Numbered from the stretch's first letter, positions 29,309-40,231 are shown. The stretch: 64,000 nucleotides of DNA from Polyangiales bacterium (GCA_044229975.1 JBGARZ010000002.1:1-64000), one strand, 5' to 3'. The notes: a model not told the origin generated them from the letters alone. Made by a program: numbers and translations.

Positions 29309-31180
29309 TCAGGCCGCGTCGATGAACTCGCGGAACCACAGCTCCAGCATCAGCAGCGTCCAGACGCGGTCGTAGCGGGGGTTGCGGCTGTCGAGCGTGG
29401 CGACGATCGACTCCACCTCGCGCGCCTGGAAGAGCCCGCGCGCGCGCGCCGTCGCGCCCAGCAGGAGGTCGTTGACCATCGGGCGGAGGGCGGTGCGAAA
29501 CCAGTGCTCCAACGGAATGCCGAAGCCCATCTTCTTGCGGTCGATGACGGCGGGCGGGAGCAGTCGGCGAGCCGCCGAGCGCAGCACCACCTTCCCGTGG
29601 CCGTCGAAGAGCTGCTTCGACGGGAGCCGCGCCGCGAACTCCACCACGTCGGTGTCGAGGAAGGGGCAGCGCACCTCCAGCGCGTGCGCCATGGCGGCGA
29701 TATCAACCTTCACGTTGATGTCGTCGATCATGTACGTGTGCCAGTCGAGGTCGGTGACGCGCGCCATCGGCGAACGCGCGGCGCTCGCGGCCAGGATGCG
29801 CTCGAAGCGCTGCTCGGTGGCGCCGGTGCGAACAGTGTTGAGACGGTCGCCGTAGAGGCGGTCTTTCTCGGCGCCGACGAACTGCCCGACGAGCACGAGG
29901 TACCGCGCGGCCTCGCCCTCGGACATGCGCGCGGCGTAGCGGCCGATGTAGGGGAAGAAGGTGCGCGCGAAGCCGCCGAGCGCGGACTGGGCCGGGCGCT
30001 GGAGCAAGCTGGGGAGCTGGTCGAAGAGGTGCCCGATGCGCGCGGTGTTGTAGCGACGGTAGCCGCCGAAGTTCTCGTCGCCGGCGTCGCCCGAGAGGGA
30101 CACCGTGACGTGCTCGCGCGTCATCTTGGAGAGGTACCAGGTGGCGACGGCGCTGCTGTCCGCGAAGGGCTCGCCGTGGTGGTGAACGATCTCCGGCAGC
30201 ACCGACACCATGTCGGCGCGCACTTCGAGCTCCTGGTGGTCGGTGCCGAAGCGCCGCGCGACCATCCGCGCGTACTCGACCTCGGAGTAGTCCGCCTCGG
30301 AGAACCCGATGGAGAAGGTCTTCACCGGGCGGTCGCTCGCCTCGGCCATCAGCGCGACGACCGTGGAGCTGTCGATGCCGCCCGACAGAAACGCCCCCAG
30401 CGGAACGTCCGCCACCATGCGCCGCTTCACCGCACGCCGCAGCAGCACGAGCAGCTCTTCGGCGAGCTCTTCGGTCGACTCGGTGCGCTCGACGCCTACG
30501 GGGCGCGACCAGTAGCGTTCGAGGCGCGGCTCCTTGCCGGGTTCGAGCACCGCGTAGTGCGCGGGCGGCAGCTTGAAGGTGTCCTTGAAGGCCGCGCGGG
30601 GCGACGGGACGTACGCGAGCGTGAGGTACTCCTCGATGACCGCGAGGTCGGCCTCCGCGCGCTCGTCAGGGAACGCCGTCGCGAGCGCGTGCACCTCCGA
30701 CGCGAAGGCCACCCCGTGGCGCAGACGGCGATAGAAGAGCGGCTTCTTGCCCGACCGATCGCGCGCCAGCAGCAGGCGTTGCTTGCGACCGTCCCAGAGC
30801 GCGAGGGCGAACATCCCGTGCAGGCGTTGGATGCACGCCTCGCCGATCTCCTCGTAGAGATGAACCACCACCTCGCTGTCGGAGCGAGAGCGGAAGGTGT
30901 GCCCCTTGGCGACGAGCTCTTCGCGGATCTCGGCGAAGTTGTAGATCTCGCCGTTGACCACGACGTGCACGGTGCCGTCCTCGTTGGGGAGCGGCTGTCG
31001 GCCTTCGGGCGAGAGGTCGATGATGGACAGTCGGCGGTGGCCCAGCACGCAGGGCCCGTCCGCCATGATGCCGTCGGCGTCGGGGCCGCGGTGGCGGATG
31101 GCGTCGTTGATGCGGCGTACGGCGGGCTCGTCGCCGGGGCGCTGCGGGTCGTGCGACAGGAATCCGCTGAGGCCGCACAT
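29309..31180 (-). CDS. asnB: Asparagine synthase-like amidotransferase, copy 1
   Basis: MCG Ntn nucleophile, HRGPD, RLSIID, NGEIYN, LSGGIDSS, EVRCPFLD. Confidence 0.95.
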   Translation of the reverse strand: MCGLSGFLSHDPQRPGDEPAVRRINDAIRHRGPDADGIMADGPCVLGHRRLSIIDLSPEGRQPLPNEDGTVHVVVNGEIYNFAEIREELVAKGHTFRSRSDSEVVVHLYEEIGEACIQRLHGMFALALWDGRKQRLLLARDRSGKKPLFYRRLRHGVAFASEVHALATAFPDERAEADLAVIEEYLTLAYVPSPRAAFKDTFKLPPAHYAVLEPGKEPRLERYWSRPVGVERTESTEELAEELLVLLRRAVKRRMVADVPLGAFLSGGIDSSTVVALMAEASDRPVKTFSIGFSEADYSEVEYARMVARRFGTDHQELEVRADMVSVLPEIVHHHGEPFADSSAVATWYLSKMTREHVTVSLSGDAGDENFGGYRRYNTARIGHLFDQLPSLLQRPAQSALGGFARTFFPYIGRYAARMSEGEAARYLVLVGQFVGAEKDRLYGDRLNTVRTGATEQRFERILAASAARSPMARVTDLDWHTYMIDDINVKVDIAAMAHALEVRCPFLDTDVVEFAARLPSKQLFDGHGKVVLRSAARRLLPPAVIDRKKMGFGIPLEHWFRTALRPMVNDLLLGATARARGLFQAREVESIVATLDSRNPRYDRVWTLLMLELWFREFIDAA

Positions 31181-31183
31181 CCG

Positions 31184-32005
31184 TTACGGTCGCTCGAAGA
31201 CGAACTCGTTGTTGCCCCAGCCGTTTTCGGGCGCCGGGATGGTCTTCACCTTGCGGAGCCCGCGGCCCTCGACGAAGCGCTCGACCTCCTCGACCGAGGC
31301 GTACTCGTAGGGGAAGCCACCCACCCAGTCGACGGCGTCGTGCAGCCACGACATGCCGCGCGAGCTCTTGTACTCGCGCACCTCACGAATCGGACTACGG
31401 AACTGACTGAGCGCGATGCCCACGCGCCACACCGAATAGGCGCCCACCAGCGACGCACGACGCACGCGGCCGCCGCTCACGTAGGCCCGCTTGATGGTGT
31501 GCCATGACTCCGAGCTGAAGGTTCCGAGCTCGCCGCGGACCTTGTTGTAGAGCGCGATGACGAAGAGCCCGCCCGGGCGCACCGGGATCATCGCCGTCTC
31601 GATGGCCTTCCACATCTCGCCCGTGTGGTGGAGCACGCCCCACGAGTAGACGACGTCGAACTCACCGAGCGACTTCACGAAGTCCGGGTCGAGCGCCGAG
31701 CCGCGCAGCACCGTCCAGCGCGCCTTCTCGTCGGCGGTGGCAGAGGCGCGCACCGACTCGCTGCACGACACCGAGTCGGGGTCGTAGTCGAAGCCCACCA
31801 CCTTCGCCGCACCGCTGCGCAGCGCGGCGAGGGACATGAGCCCGCTGCCGCAGCCGATGTCGAGGACGGTCTTGCCGCGGAGGTTCTCGGCGCCGACGAG
31901 CGCGGCGATGGCGCGCTGGGCCTCCTCGATGCGCTCGGGGTTGAGCGCGTTGGCGCGGAAGTCGTCCCAGTTCTTGCCGAAGCCGAAGCGTAGCTCGCGT
32001 TCCAT
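31184..32005 (-). CDS. Class I SAM methyltransferase
   Basis: LDIGCGSG, FDVVYSWGVLHHTG, DWVGGFPYE. Confidence 0.92.
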   Translation of the reverse strand: MERELRFGFGKNWDDFRANALNPERIEEAQRAIAALVGAENLRGKTVLDIGCGSGLMSLAALRSGAAKVVGFDYDPDSVSCSESVRASATADEKARWTVLRGSALDPDFVKSLGEFDVVYSWGVLHHTGEMWKAIETAMIPVRPGGLFVIALYNKVRGELGTFSSESWHTIKRAYVSGGRVRRASLVGAYSVWRVGIALSQFRSPIREVREYKSSRGMSWLHDAVDWVGGFPYEYASVEEVERFVEGRGLRKVKTIPAPENGWGNNEFVFERP

Positions 32006-32143
32006 GTGCGGTGCGGGGGTCTAGCGTTGGTAGCGAGCCGCTGTAAATACCGGCGCCCGAAACCCGTGCGCGTCGGCGGGGGCCCATGGTAGAGCCACGA
32101 CCTCTGCCGATCGGGCCCGCGGCCGCCGCTTCTCCTCCCGCCG

Positions 32144-33001
32144 ATGTCTACGCCCAGCGAAGCGATTGCAGTCGACAACCACCTCCGGCGCGACCGGTGC
32201 CCGCTCTGCGGCGCCGCCGTCGAATCTGCCGGGGTGATGCGCCTGCCGCCCGCCATCCCGTTTTCGTCGCACTGGATCTCGCCGCAGCGCCCGCCTGAGC
32301 TCTGGCGCTGCGTCGCGTGCGGCTCGGCGTTCACGCAGTATGCGATTCCCGAAGACGTCGCGATGGGCCTCTATGGCTCGGGTGATGGCGGAGCGCGCTG
32401 GGGCACCGACCAGCCCTTCACCAAGACCCACACGCGCGAGACGCTCGCGGCGCTTCAGCGCATCGTGCGCCCGGGAATGCGGGTGCTCGACGTGGGTTGC
32501 AACACGGGTGACCTCCTCGACTACGCGCGCGGGCTCGGCGCCGTGACGGCCGGGGTCGAGCCCTCCGATGCGAGTCGCAAGGTCGCGGCCGACAAGGGCC
32601 ATCGCATGGTCGCGTCGCTCGCCGAGGCCGTCGGCCCCTTCGACGTGGTGACGGCCTTCGACGTCGTCGAGCACCTCTACGAGCTGCCCACGATGCTCGA
32701 CCAGATCGCGTCGCTGCTCCCGTCGGGCGGACGATTGATCGCGCTCACGGGTGACATCACCTGCCGCGCCTCGAAGAACGCGGGCGCGGGCTGGTGGTAT
32801 GTGCAGTGCCCCGAGCACGTCATCTTCCCCACGCTCACGGCGCTCGGCGGAATGAAGGGCTGGAGCGTCGAAGAGTCCGTCACGACCTTCGCCGCCACGA
32901 GTCACGAGCCGCGGCTGTTTCGCCGCTTGTTGATGGGTCTCACGGGCCGCTCCCGCGCCGACCTCCATGACCACATCCTCGTCGTAATGAAGAAGGGCTG
33001 A
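32144..33001 (+). CDS. Class I SAM methyltransferase with N-terminal Zn ribbon
   Basis: CPLC…CVACG, VLDVGCNTG, FDVVTAFDVVEH. Confidence 0.9.
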   Translation: MSTPSEAIAVDNHLRRDRCPLCGAAVESAGVMRLPPAIPFSSHWISPQRPPELWRCVACGSAFTQYAIPEDVAMGLYGSGDGGARWGTDQPFTKTHTRETLAALQRIVRPGMRVLDVGCNTGDLLDYARGLGAVTAGVEPSDASRKVAADKGHRMVASLAEAVGPFDVVTAFDVVEHLYELPTMLDQIASLLPSGGRLIALTGDITCRASKNAGAGWWYVQCPEHVIFPTLTALGGMKGWSVEESVTTFAATSHEPRLFRRLLMGLTGRSRADLHDHILVVMKKG

Positions 33002-33010
33002 GAGTCTCCG

Positions 33011-33727
33011 ATGCTCGACCGATTGATCGAACGGGTGGGCCTGCGCCGGGTGGTGGACGAGACCCGAGAGCGCCTCGGCATCGACCTCCGACCGCACGAG
33101 CGCTGGCTCCGGCAGATGGGGTTCCGCACCGTCTTCGACGTCGGCGCCAACACCGGGCAGTTCGTGGGCGAGGCCCGCAAGATCGCGCCCGACGCGTTCA
33201 TCTACTCCTTCGAGCCGCTGGGCGCGTGCTTCGAGGCGCTGCGCGATGCGCGCCGTGATGACCCGCGGTTTCGCGCCTTCCACGTCGCCCTCGGCGACGA
33301 GCCCGGCGAAGTGACGATGCACCGCAACGACTACTCGCAGTCGTCGTCGCTCCTGCCGATGGCCGAACTCCACAAGCGGGCCTTCCCCGAGACGCGGCAC
33401 AGCACCCCGGAGACCGTGCAGGTGAAGCGCCTCGACGACATCGTCGCCGACCTCACCATCGAGCGCCCCGCGCTCCTGAAGATCGACGTGCAGGGCTTCG
33501 AGGCGAAGGTCATCGCGGGCGCGACAGAGACGCTGAAGCTCGCCGACGTCATCATCGTGGAGACCGGCGTCGAGGCGCTCTACGAGGGGCAGGCGCTCTT
33601 CGACGACGTGTACCGCATGCTCTACGACCGGGGCTTCCGCTACCGCGGCAACCACAACCAGCTCCTCTCGCCCGACGACGGGCGGGTGCTCCAGGCCGAC
33701 GCGTTCTTCACCCCGGTCGGAGTTTGA
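33011..33727 (+). CDS. FkbM-family methyltransferase
   Basis: DVGANTGQF, FEP, LLKIDVQGFE. Confidence 0.93.
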   Translation: MLDRLIERVGLRRVVDETRERLGIDLRPHERWLRQMGFRTVFDVGANTGQFVGEARKIAPDAFIYSFEPLGACFEALRDARRDDPRFRAFHVALGDEPGEVTMHRNDYSQSSSLLPMAELHKRAFPETRHSTPETVQVKRLDDIVADLTIERPALLKIDVQGFEAKVIAGATETLKLADVIIVETGVEALYEGQALFDDVYRMLYDRGFRYRGNHNQLLSPDDGRVLQADAFFTPVGV

Positions 33728-33743
33728 GTCGACGGCGCCGCGC

Positions 33744-34952
33744 GTGAACGTCGTCGTCGTCGGTGACGAGCTCGCCTTCCCGCGCGGCTTCGCGTCGAGC
33801 AGCTACGTCCGCCTCTTCGCGCGGGCGCTGGTCACCGCGGGCGCAGGCGCTCACGTCGTGGCGCTCGACTACTCCGAGCGCGCGACGCCGCCGCTCAACA
33901 CCGAGGCCCGCGGCTCCGTCGACGGTGTCACCTTCGAGTACACGACCGGCTCCCCCACGCTCCCCACCTTCCCGCTCGCCATCCCGCTCGGCCGCGCCCG
34001 CTCGCACGCGCGCTTCCTCGCCGACATGCTCGCTCGCGCCCGCGCCGGTGCGGTCGACGCGATCCTCTACTACGGCCGCTCGTCGAGTGAGCTCCTCCAG
34101 TGCCTGGCCGTCGCGCGCGCCGCGGGCGTCGCCTACGGGGCCATCATCGTCGAGTGGCGCCTTGCCTACCGCGACCAGACGCCTGCCCAGGTCGCCAACG
34201 ACCACGCCTTCGTCCGCGCGCTGCGCCTCGTCGACGGCGCCGCGGTCATCTCGCGCTTCCTCGTCGACCGCGTGACGCCGCTGCTCCCACCGGGCGCGCC
34301 GGTGCTGCGATTGCCGATCCTCGCCGAGCCCTCGGCGTGGAAGGCCGCGACGCCTGCGGTGCGCCCGAAGCCCTACGCAGTCCTGTGTACGGACTTCGAC
34401 TCGTACCCCGACGACGCGGTGTCCGTGGTGCGCGCCGCGGCCTCGCTCGCTCCGCGTTCGCTGGAGCTGCTCTTCATCGGCAAGGCGTCGGCCACGACCC
34501 GCCAACGCTTGCTGGACGAGGCTCGCGCGCTCCCGTCGGGCGTGTCGCTCACGCTGCTCAACGACTTCGTCCCAGAGCCCGAGCTGCGGGCGTATTACGC
34601 CGGCGCGGCGGCGTTGGTGGCTCCGCTGCCAGACGACGATCGCTCGCGGGCGCGCTTCCCAAGCAAGCTCGCGGAGTACCTGCTCTCGGGGCGGCCGGTG
34701 GTGTCGTCGATGGTCGGCGAGGTGGCGGAGTTTCTATGCGACGGCGAGAGCGCGTTTCTTGGCGCGGCGGGCGACGCGGCGGACTTCGCGCGGGCGTTGC
34801 AGCGGGCGCTCGATCACCCCGAAGCGGACGCGATCGGTGAGCGGGGCAGAGGCGTCGCGTTGGAGCGCTTCGACCACGAGCGCCTCGGCCCGCAGATCGT
34901 CGCCTTCGTCGCGCAGCTCGTCGCGCAGCTCGTCGCGCAGAGGGCCCGTTGA
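33744..34952 (+). CDS. Glycosyltransferase family 4
   Basis: FPSKLAEYLLSGRPVVSSMVG GT-B motif. Confidence 0.88.
   Translation: MNVVVVGDELAFPRGFASSSYVRLFARALVTAGAGAHVVALDYSERATPPLNTEARGSVDGVTFEYTTGSPTLPTFPLAIPLGRARSHARFLADMLARARAGAVDAILYYGRSSSELLQCLAVARAAGVAYGAIIVEWRLAYRDQTPAQVANDHAFVRALRLVDGAAVISRFLVDRVTPLLPPGAPVLRLPILAEPSAWKAATPAVRPKPYAVLCTDFDSYPDDAVSVVRAAASLAPRSLELLFIGKASATTRQRLLDEARALPSGVSLTLLNDFVPEPELRAYYAGAAALVAPLPDDDRSRARFPSKLAEYLLSGRPVVSSMVGEVAEFLCDGESAFLGAAGDAADFARALQRALDHPEADAIGERGRGVALERFDHERLGPQIVAFVAQLVAQLVAQRAR
34908..34940 (+). repeat. 12-bp in-frame tandem repeat (GTCGCGCAGCTC x2.75, encoding VAQL)
   Basis: Read directly at the GT4 C-terminus. Confidence 0.85.
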
Positions 34953-36463
34953 GCGAGGACGAGAGTACGGCGGGGCGTGAGGCGCGCGGCATCGGGGTCA
35001 ATTTCCTCACGCTGCTCGCCCAGGCGTCGCTGCCGGCCTTCTACATGGTGCTCACCAACGGGCTCGGCCCCAGCGCCTTCGGCCTCTACGCGAGCGCGGG
35101 CTCCATCGTCGATCCGCTCTCGGGCATCACGATGTTCGGGATGGACCTCGCCCTCAGCCGGCGAGCGAGCGTCGCGCACGCCGAGGGCGACCCCGACCGC
35201 GCCTCGGCCGCGACCGCGGGCGCCCTGCGGGTGGTGTTCACCACGGGCGCGCTCGTGACGCTCACGCTGGTGTTCGGGGCGGATCTCATCGCCGCCCTGT
35301 GGCGCAAGCCGGGGCTGACGGGGCCGCTGCGCGCCTACGCGGCCATGCCCATCGGCTACCACCTTGCCTCCATCTTCATCGTCGCAACCCAGGCGAAGAT
35401 GGTGATGAGGTACGACTTCTGGGCGCGCGGACTCTTCCAGCCGCTCGCGCTCCTGGCGCTCACGACGCTCACGCTGTTGCTGGGATGGGGTGCTACCGGC
35501 GCGGCCGGCGCGGTCACCGTGGGCATGACGTTGACCGCCCTGCTCGCCGCGTACTTCTACTCGCGGGAGTATCCGCTCGGTCGCACGCTGCGGGCGGCGG
35601 TGCGTGAGCCCATCGACTGGGGCCTCGTCCGGATGGGCGCCCCCATGGTGGTGCTCGGCCTCGTCTGGAACCTCCAGGGCGCCGTCGATCTGTGGGCGCT
35701 CGCGCACTACCGCGACACGGCCTCCATCGGCGCCTACAAGGGCGCGCTCATCTGGGTCATCAGCTTGAGTCAGGTGCGCGGCACCTTCGCGCCGGTCATC
35801 TCGGCGACCCTCCCGCCGTTGTTGGCGCGCGGCGACACCGCCGCGATCGGCAGCTTCATCCAGCGGCAGAACCGCTGGGTCGCCATCATCGCCATGCCGC
35901 TGTGCGTGCTCTTCGCCGGCTTCGGCGAAGGGCTCCTCGCGCTCTACGGCACGGGCTTCCGCGCCGGGACGGGTGCGCTGGCGATCCTCGCGCTGGGCAA
36001 CCTCTGCGGGGCGCTCGCGGTCCCCGGGTACGTCCTGCTGCTGGGCGGCCACACGCGGTACAGCACCGTGGCCGGCGCCTCGTGCCTGGCCTTCCAGGTC
36101 GCATCGCTTCCCCTCCTCGTGCCGCGATACGGGATGGTGGGTGCCGCGCTCTCCTCGGCGCTCGGCATGCTGCTCGGGCAGGTCGTCCAGCAGGGCTTCA
36201 CCTGGCGGGTCGCGCGCGTCCACGGCTTCTCCTGGGGGCTCGCCAAGGTCGCGATCGCCGCGCTCTCCGGACTCGCACTCGGCCGCCTCGTCTTCACGGC
36301 GCTGCCGCCCGACATCAAGGTGCGCTTCTTCGGTGGGGTCGGCGTTGCAGCGCTCGTGTACCTCGTCGTGCTCGTGGCCCTCGGGCTCACCGACGAGGAG
36401 CGCGCGATGTTCGCCGCGGGCCTCGCTCGCATCCGCGAGTGGCGCTCACGCCGCCGGGGCTGA
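34949..36463 (+). CDS. Wzx-type oligosaccharide flippase
   Basis: Many TM segments, LGPSAFGLY, LVPRYGMVGAA; TTGA overlap with the GT4 gene. Confidence 0.88.
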   Translation: MSEDESTAGREARGIGVNFLTLLAQASLPAFYMVLTNGLGPSAFGLYASAGSIVDPLSGITMFGMDLALSRRASVAHAEGDPDRASAATAGALRVVFTTGALVTLTLVFGADLIAALWRKPGLTGPLRAYAAMPIGYHLASIFIVATQAKMVMRYDFWARGLFQPLALLALTTLTLLLGWGATGAAGAVTVGMTLTALLAAYFYSREYPLGRTLRAAVREPIDWGLVRMGAPMVVLGLVWNLQGAVDLWALAHYRDTASIGAYKGALIWVISLSQVRGTFAPVISATLPPLLARGDTAAIGSFIQRQNRWVAIIAMPLCVLFAGFGEGLLALYGTGFRAGTGALAILALGNLCGALAVPGYVLLLGGHTRYSTVAGASCLAFQVASLPLLVPRYGMVGAALSSALGMLLGQVVQQGFTWRVARVHGFSWGLAKVAIAALSGLALGRLVFTALPPDIKVRFFGGVGVAALVYLVVLVALGLTDEERAMFAAGLARIREWRSRRRG

Positions 36464-37303
36464 CCGCAGCCGCCGGAGCGCCGCGGCCGCGTAGCCCTGG
36501 GCCGACTTCGCGAGCGCCTTCGCCGACCGACGCAGATCACCCGACGCGAGAAACTGCGTCGCCGCCGCCGACATCACGTCGCCGTACTGGCGCGGGCTCC
36601 ATCGCCGCAGCTTGTCGAGGTAGTCCGTCGCCTCCTCGGTGAGCACCACGAACGACCGATACTGCCGCGGGTTGGCGCTGAACAGCTTGGTCCGCGTGAG
36701 CTGGTCGGCGCCGTCGGTGTAGTAGATGCGCAAACCCTGGTGGATGTAGTACCAGCGCGCGTTTTCGTGGATGCGTGTCCAGAGCACCGACTCCCGGCCC
36801 GCGAGCCGTTCGTCGAAGCGGTGCTTGCCCAGGATGCGCGTGTGGAACATCCCCCAGAACTCCCCCCGCGTGTCCGAGAGCCAGCCTTCGAGGGTGATGT
36901 ACTGGTCCCGCTCCCACCCGTGGCCGGAGAAGCGGCCGGTGCTCGAATCGACGCAGTTGCAGGAGATGGCATCGAGCGTCGGGTCGACGTCGCGCAGCAC
37001 CCGCATCATCGTCGAAAGTGCCTCGGGCGCGAGCGCGTCGTCGCTGTCGAGCGCCGCGATCCACTCGCCGCGGCAATGGTCGAAGCCGGTGTTCTTGGCG
37101 GCTGTCACGCCGCGGTTGACGTCGTGGGAGACCAGTCGGATGCGCGGGTCGGTGTAGCGGGCGACCACCGCGCGCGTGTCGTCCGACGAGCCGTCGTCGA
37201 CGATCACCACCTCCCAGTCCTGCCAGTCCTGCGCGAGCACGCTGTCCAGCGCCCGCGGCAGCGTGTGCGCCCGGTTGAACGCCGCCATCACCAGCGAGAT
37301 CAC
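36446..37303 (-). CDS. Glycosyltransferase family 2
   Basis: ISLVMAAFN, IVDDGSSD, AKNTG, LDSDD; GTGA coupling. Confidence 0.92.
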   Translation of the reverse strand: MISLVMAAFNRAHTLPRALDSVLAQDWQDWEVVIVDDGSSDDTRAVVARYTDPRIRLVSHDVNRGVTAAKNTGFDHCRGEWIAALDSDDALAPEALSTMMRVLRDVDPTLDAISCNCVDSSTGRFSGHGWERDQYITLEGWLSDTRGEFWGMFHTRILGKHRFDERLAGRESVLWTRIHENARWYYIHQGLRIYYTDGADQLTRTKLFSANPRQYRSFVVLTEEATDYLDKLRRWSPRQYGDVMSAAATQFLASGDLRRSAKALAKSAQGYAAAALRRLRSAPAA

Positions 37304-38442
37304 GACGCCGCGAGCCCCGGCTCGCCGAGCACCCGCGCGTAGACCTCCACCGTGCGCGCGACCATCCGCCGCACCGCGAAACGCTCCTTCGCGGCGTCGT
37401 AGGCGCGGGCGCCCATCTCGACGCGCTGCTCGTGCGACAGCGCGAGGTAGCGGGCGATGGCGCGAACGATGTCCGACGGTTCGGTGCCGCCGCAGACGAG
37501 GCCCGTCACGCCATCTTCGACGAGGGCGTCGGTGTTGGCGGCGGGCGACACGATGGGCGCCGTGGCGCAGCTCATGGACTCGATGACCGCGTTGGGCAGG
37601 CCCTCGTAGTGCGAGGGCAAGAGCACCCCATCGGCCGCCGCGACGAGCTTCTCGATGGGCTTCACCACACCGACGAGGCGCAGCGCATCGCCGAGCTTTG
37701 CACCGTCGGCGAGGCGCCGGACGTACTCGCCGTGCAGGGGAGGGGAGCCGCGACCCGCGAAGAGCACCGTGAGCTCGGGCGGGAGCGTCCCGGCGCGCTT
37801 CATGGTCTCCAGCGCGCGAACGATGGCGACCTGGTTCTTCTGCGCGGAGAGGCGGCCGGGGACGATGAGCGCCGTGCGGCCCTCGAGCTTCCACTCGCTC
37901 CGAACACGAGCGCGCTCGCCCTCGTCGATGGGCCGGAAGCGCTCCTGATCGACGCCGTTTTCGATCACGTCGATGTTGGCGAGCGGAATGCCCGCGCGTG
38001 TGTGGAGCTCGTCGCGGATGCCCACCGAGTTGCAGATGAGCGCGTCGACCATCGACTGCGTGGTGCGCTCGTAGAACACGTCGCGCCGCGGCATCTGCGT
38101 GCAGCGCACCGAGCCCACCACCTTGCCGATGCCGGTGTAGCGACCGGCGAGGCGCGCGAAGAGGTTTTCGTAGCCCATGTACGAGTGGATGATGTCGGGC
38201 CGCTCGCGCCGCACCACGCGCACCAGCCGCGCGAAGGAGGCGGGCGAGGGGCCGAGCGTCGCGTCGAGGAAGTACGGCTCGCCACACGGGAGCGAGTACC
38301 CGAGGTCATCGGTGCGGTTGCAGAGCACCAGCCGCGTCTCGAAGCGATCGGGGTCGAGCCCCCGCATCAGCTCCATCATCTGCCGCTCGGCGCCCCCTTG
38401 ATTGAGCGACGAAATGAAGAAGAGAACCTTCCGACGCGGCAT
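37300..38442 (-). CDS. Glycosyltransferase family 4
   Basis: GGAERQ, IENGVD, GRLSAQKN, PSHYEGLPNAVIESM. Confidence 0.93.
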   Translation of the reverse strand: MPRRKVLFFISSLNQGGAERQMMELMRGLDPDRFETRLVLCNRTDDLGYSLPCGEPYFLDATLGPSPASFARLVRVVRRERPDIIHSYMGYENLFARLAGRYTGIGKVVGSVRCTQMPRRDVFYERTTQSMVDALICNSVGIRDELHTRAGIPLANIDVIENGVDQERFRPIDEGERARVRSEWKLEGRTALIVPGRLSAQKNQVAIVRALETMKRAGTLPPELTVLFAGRGSPPLHGEYVRRLADGAKLGDALRLVGVVKPIEKLVAAADGVLLPSHYEGLPNAVIESMSCATAPIVSPAANTDALVEDGVTGLVCGGTEPSDIVRAIARYLALSHEQRVEMGARAYDAAKERFAVRRMVARTVEVYARVLGEPGLAAS

Positions 38443-38506
38443 CGGCGGGCGTATAGCACCCCCCGTTCTGAGGCGGCAAGGCGCACGCCCCGCCCGGAAA
38501 ACCAGC

Positions 38507-40231
38507 ATGAAGGCACTGCTTCGACGACTGCGCGCGATCGACCCGCGCGACCCCTTCACCTGGGTCGTCGCGCTCTTCGTGGTGGCCGTTGTCGCAGGCA
38601 GTCACTGGGACATTCCGTGCACCGACGCGTGGCACAACGACGCGCTCTCGCCGCGGCCCTGCGGCCTCGGCGCCGTGACCGAGACCTGGGTGCCGGGGCA
38701 CTTCTTCCGCTACCCGCCGCTCCAGACGCTGCTGCTCACGGTGCTCTCGCTGCCGTTCATCGTGGCGGGCGTGATCAACGCTCCGTCGGGTGGCCTCGAC
38801 TCGCTCCGCACCGAGCTCATCGAGCCGCGGTACATGACCGGCATCGAGGTCGTCGCGCGTGTCGTCACGCTGCTGATGGCCATCGGCGTGCTGGTCCACG
38901 TGCGCCGTCTCATCGGACGCGTGTGGGGCGATCGCGCGGGCACCATCGCCGCTCTGCTCACTGCCCTCGATCCGGTGTTCGTGTACTTCGCGCACAGCGG
39001 CAACAGCGACATCCCGTGCCTCTTCTGGGTCACCCGCGGCCTCGTCGAGCTCGACCGCGTCATGGCCGGTGAGTCGCGCGAGCGCCACGCCCTCCTCTGC
39101 GCGATGGCCGCCGCCCTCACCAAGGACCAGTCCGCCCCGCTCTTCTTCCTCGCCGCCCCGTGGGCGCTGGTCGTCGTTCCGCTGCTGCATCGGGGCGAGC
39201 GATCGGTGCGCGAGGTGCTGCTGCGTCCCGCGCTGTGGCGCTCGTTGGCGCTCGCGCTCGGCGGGTACCTCCTCATCGCCGGCGCCATCACCAACCCCGT
39301 CGGCTGGACGCGCCGCCTCGCCTGGATCACCGGCCCCGCCAACGCCGACTGGGTCGTCGCGGGTAGGAACCTCATCGGGATCGTCGATCTCTCCAAGGAG
39401 GTCATTCGTTCGGCGCCGCTCTTCGCATCGCGCGGCGTCGCGCTCCTCGCGCTCGTCGGCATCGGCCTCGCGCTCGCCGGGGCGCGCGGCGTGTCGCGTG
39501 TGCGCGCGGCGTTCCCGGCGCTCGCTGCGTTCTCCTACCTGGTGTTCTTCGTCTTCCCGTCGCGGTGGACGATGGAGCGCCACCTGATGCCGCTGGCCAT
39601 CCTCTTCTTCGCGTACGCGGGCGCTTCCATCGGCGCCCTCCTCGACGCTCTCCCCGCTCGCACCCGCGTGCTCGTCGCGGCGCTCGCGGCGCTCGGTCTG
39701 ATCCCCCAGCTCGTCGACGTCGCGTCCATCGACGCCACGCTTGCGGTCGATTCCCGCCACGCCGCCCAGCGCTTCCTCGCCGCCCTCCCGCGCGGAACCA
39801 CCCTGGAGATCTATGGCGGCAACCAGTACCTCCCCAACCTCCCGCGGCACCTGCGCGTGACCCGCATCGGCCCCGAGCCCGACGCCGAGCGCAGCCCCTT
39901 GCCCGGCGTCACCGAAGGCCACGCTCCCTTCCGCGACGTGGGGAGTCGCGCGCCCGACTACGCCCTCGTCGGCGAAGACTTCGCCAGCTACTACCTCCCC
40001 ACCAACGTCCCCCAGGCGCCCCACAACGCGCGCTTGCAGCAAGACCCCGACGGTCGCGCCCTCATGATGGGTCTGCGCAACGAGTCGCTCGGCTACCGCT
40101 GGGCGCTGCGCTCACGCTGCGAGCTGCCGTGGCCTCTGCGCTGCGTCCGCCTGCACCGATCGACCGGCGCCGAGACGTGGATCTTCCGCCGTGCGCCCAC
40201 TCCCGCTAGCGTCGCCGCCCCGACCCCATGA
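38507..40231 (+). CDS. ArnT/PMT-like (GT-C) membrane glycosyltransferase
   Basis: Multi-TM; W..D after TM1, YPPL, LTKDQ, RHLMPL. Confidence 0.78.
   Translation: MKALLRRLRAIDPRDPFTWVVALFVVAVVAGSHWDIPCTDAWHNDALSPRPCGLGAVTETWVPGHFFRYPPLQTLLLTVLSLPFIVAGVINAPSGGLDSLRTELIEPRYMTGIEVVARVVTLLMAIGVLVHVRRLIGRVWGDRAGTIAALLTALDPVFVYFAHSGNSDIPCLFWVTRGLVELDRVMAGESRERHALLCAMAAALTKDQSAPLFFLAAPWALVVVPLLHRGERSVREVLLRPALWRSLALALGGYLLIAGAITNPVGWTRRLAWITGPANADWVVAGRNLIGIVDLSKEVIRSAPLFASRGVALLALVGIGLALAGARGVSRVRAAFPALAAFSYLVFFVFPSRWTMERHLMPLAILFFAYAGASIGALLDALPARTRVLVAALAALGLIPQLVDVASIDATLAVDSRHAAQRFLAALPRGTTLEIYGGNQYLPNLPRHLRVTRIGPEPDAERSPLPGVTEGHAPFRDVGSRAPDYALVGEDFASYYLPTNVPQAPHNARLQQDPDGRALMMGLRNESLGYRWALRSRCELPWPLRCVRLHRSTGAETWIFRRAPTPASVAAPTP

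Noticed and set aside
29504..31507. Long antisense and alternative-frame ORFs (also 10433-11977, 20985-22778, 40690-42834, 52290-53909, 55736-57316)
   Set aside because: Shadows of well-supported genes caused by extreme GC3 bias; no recognisable motifs.
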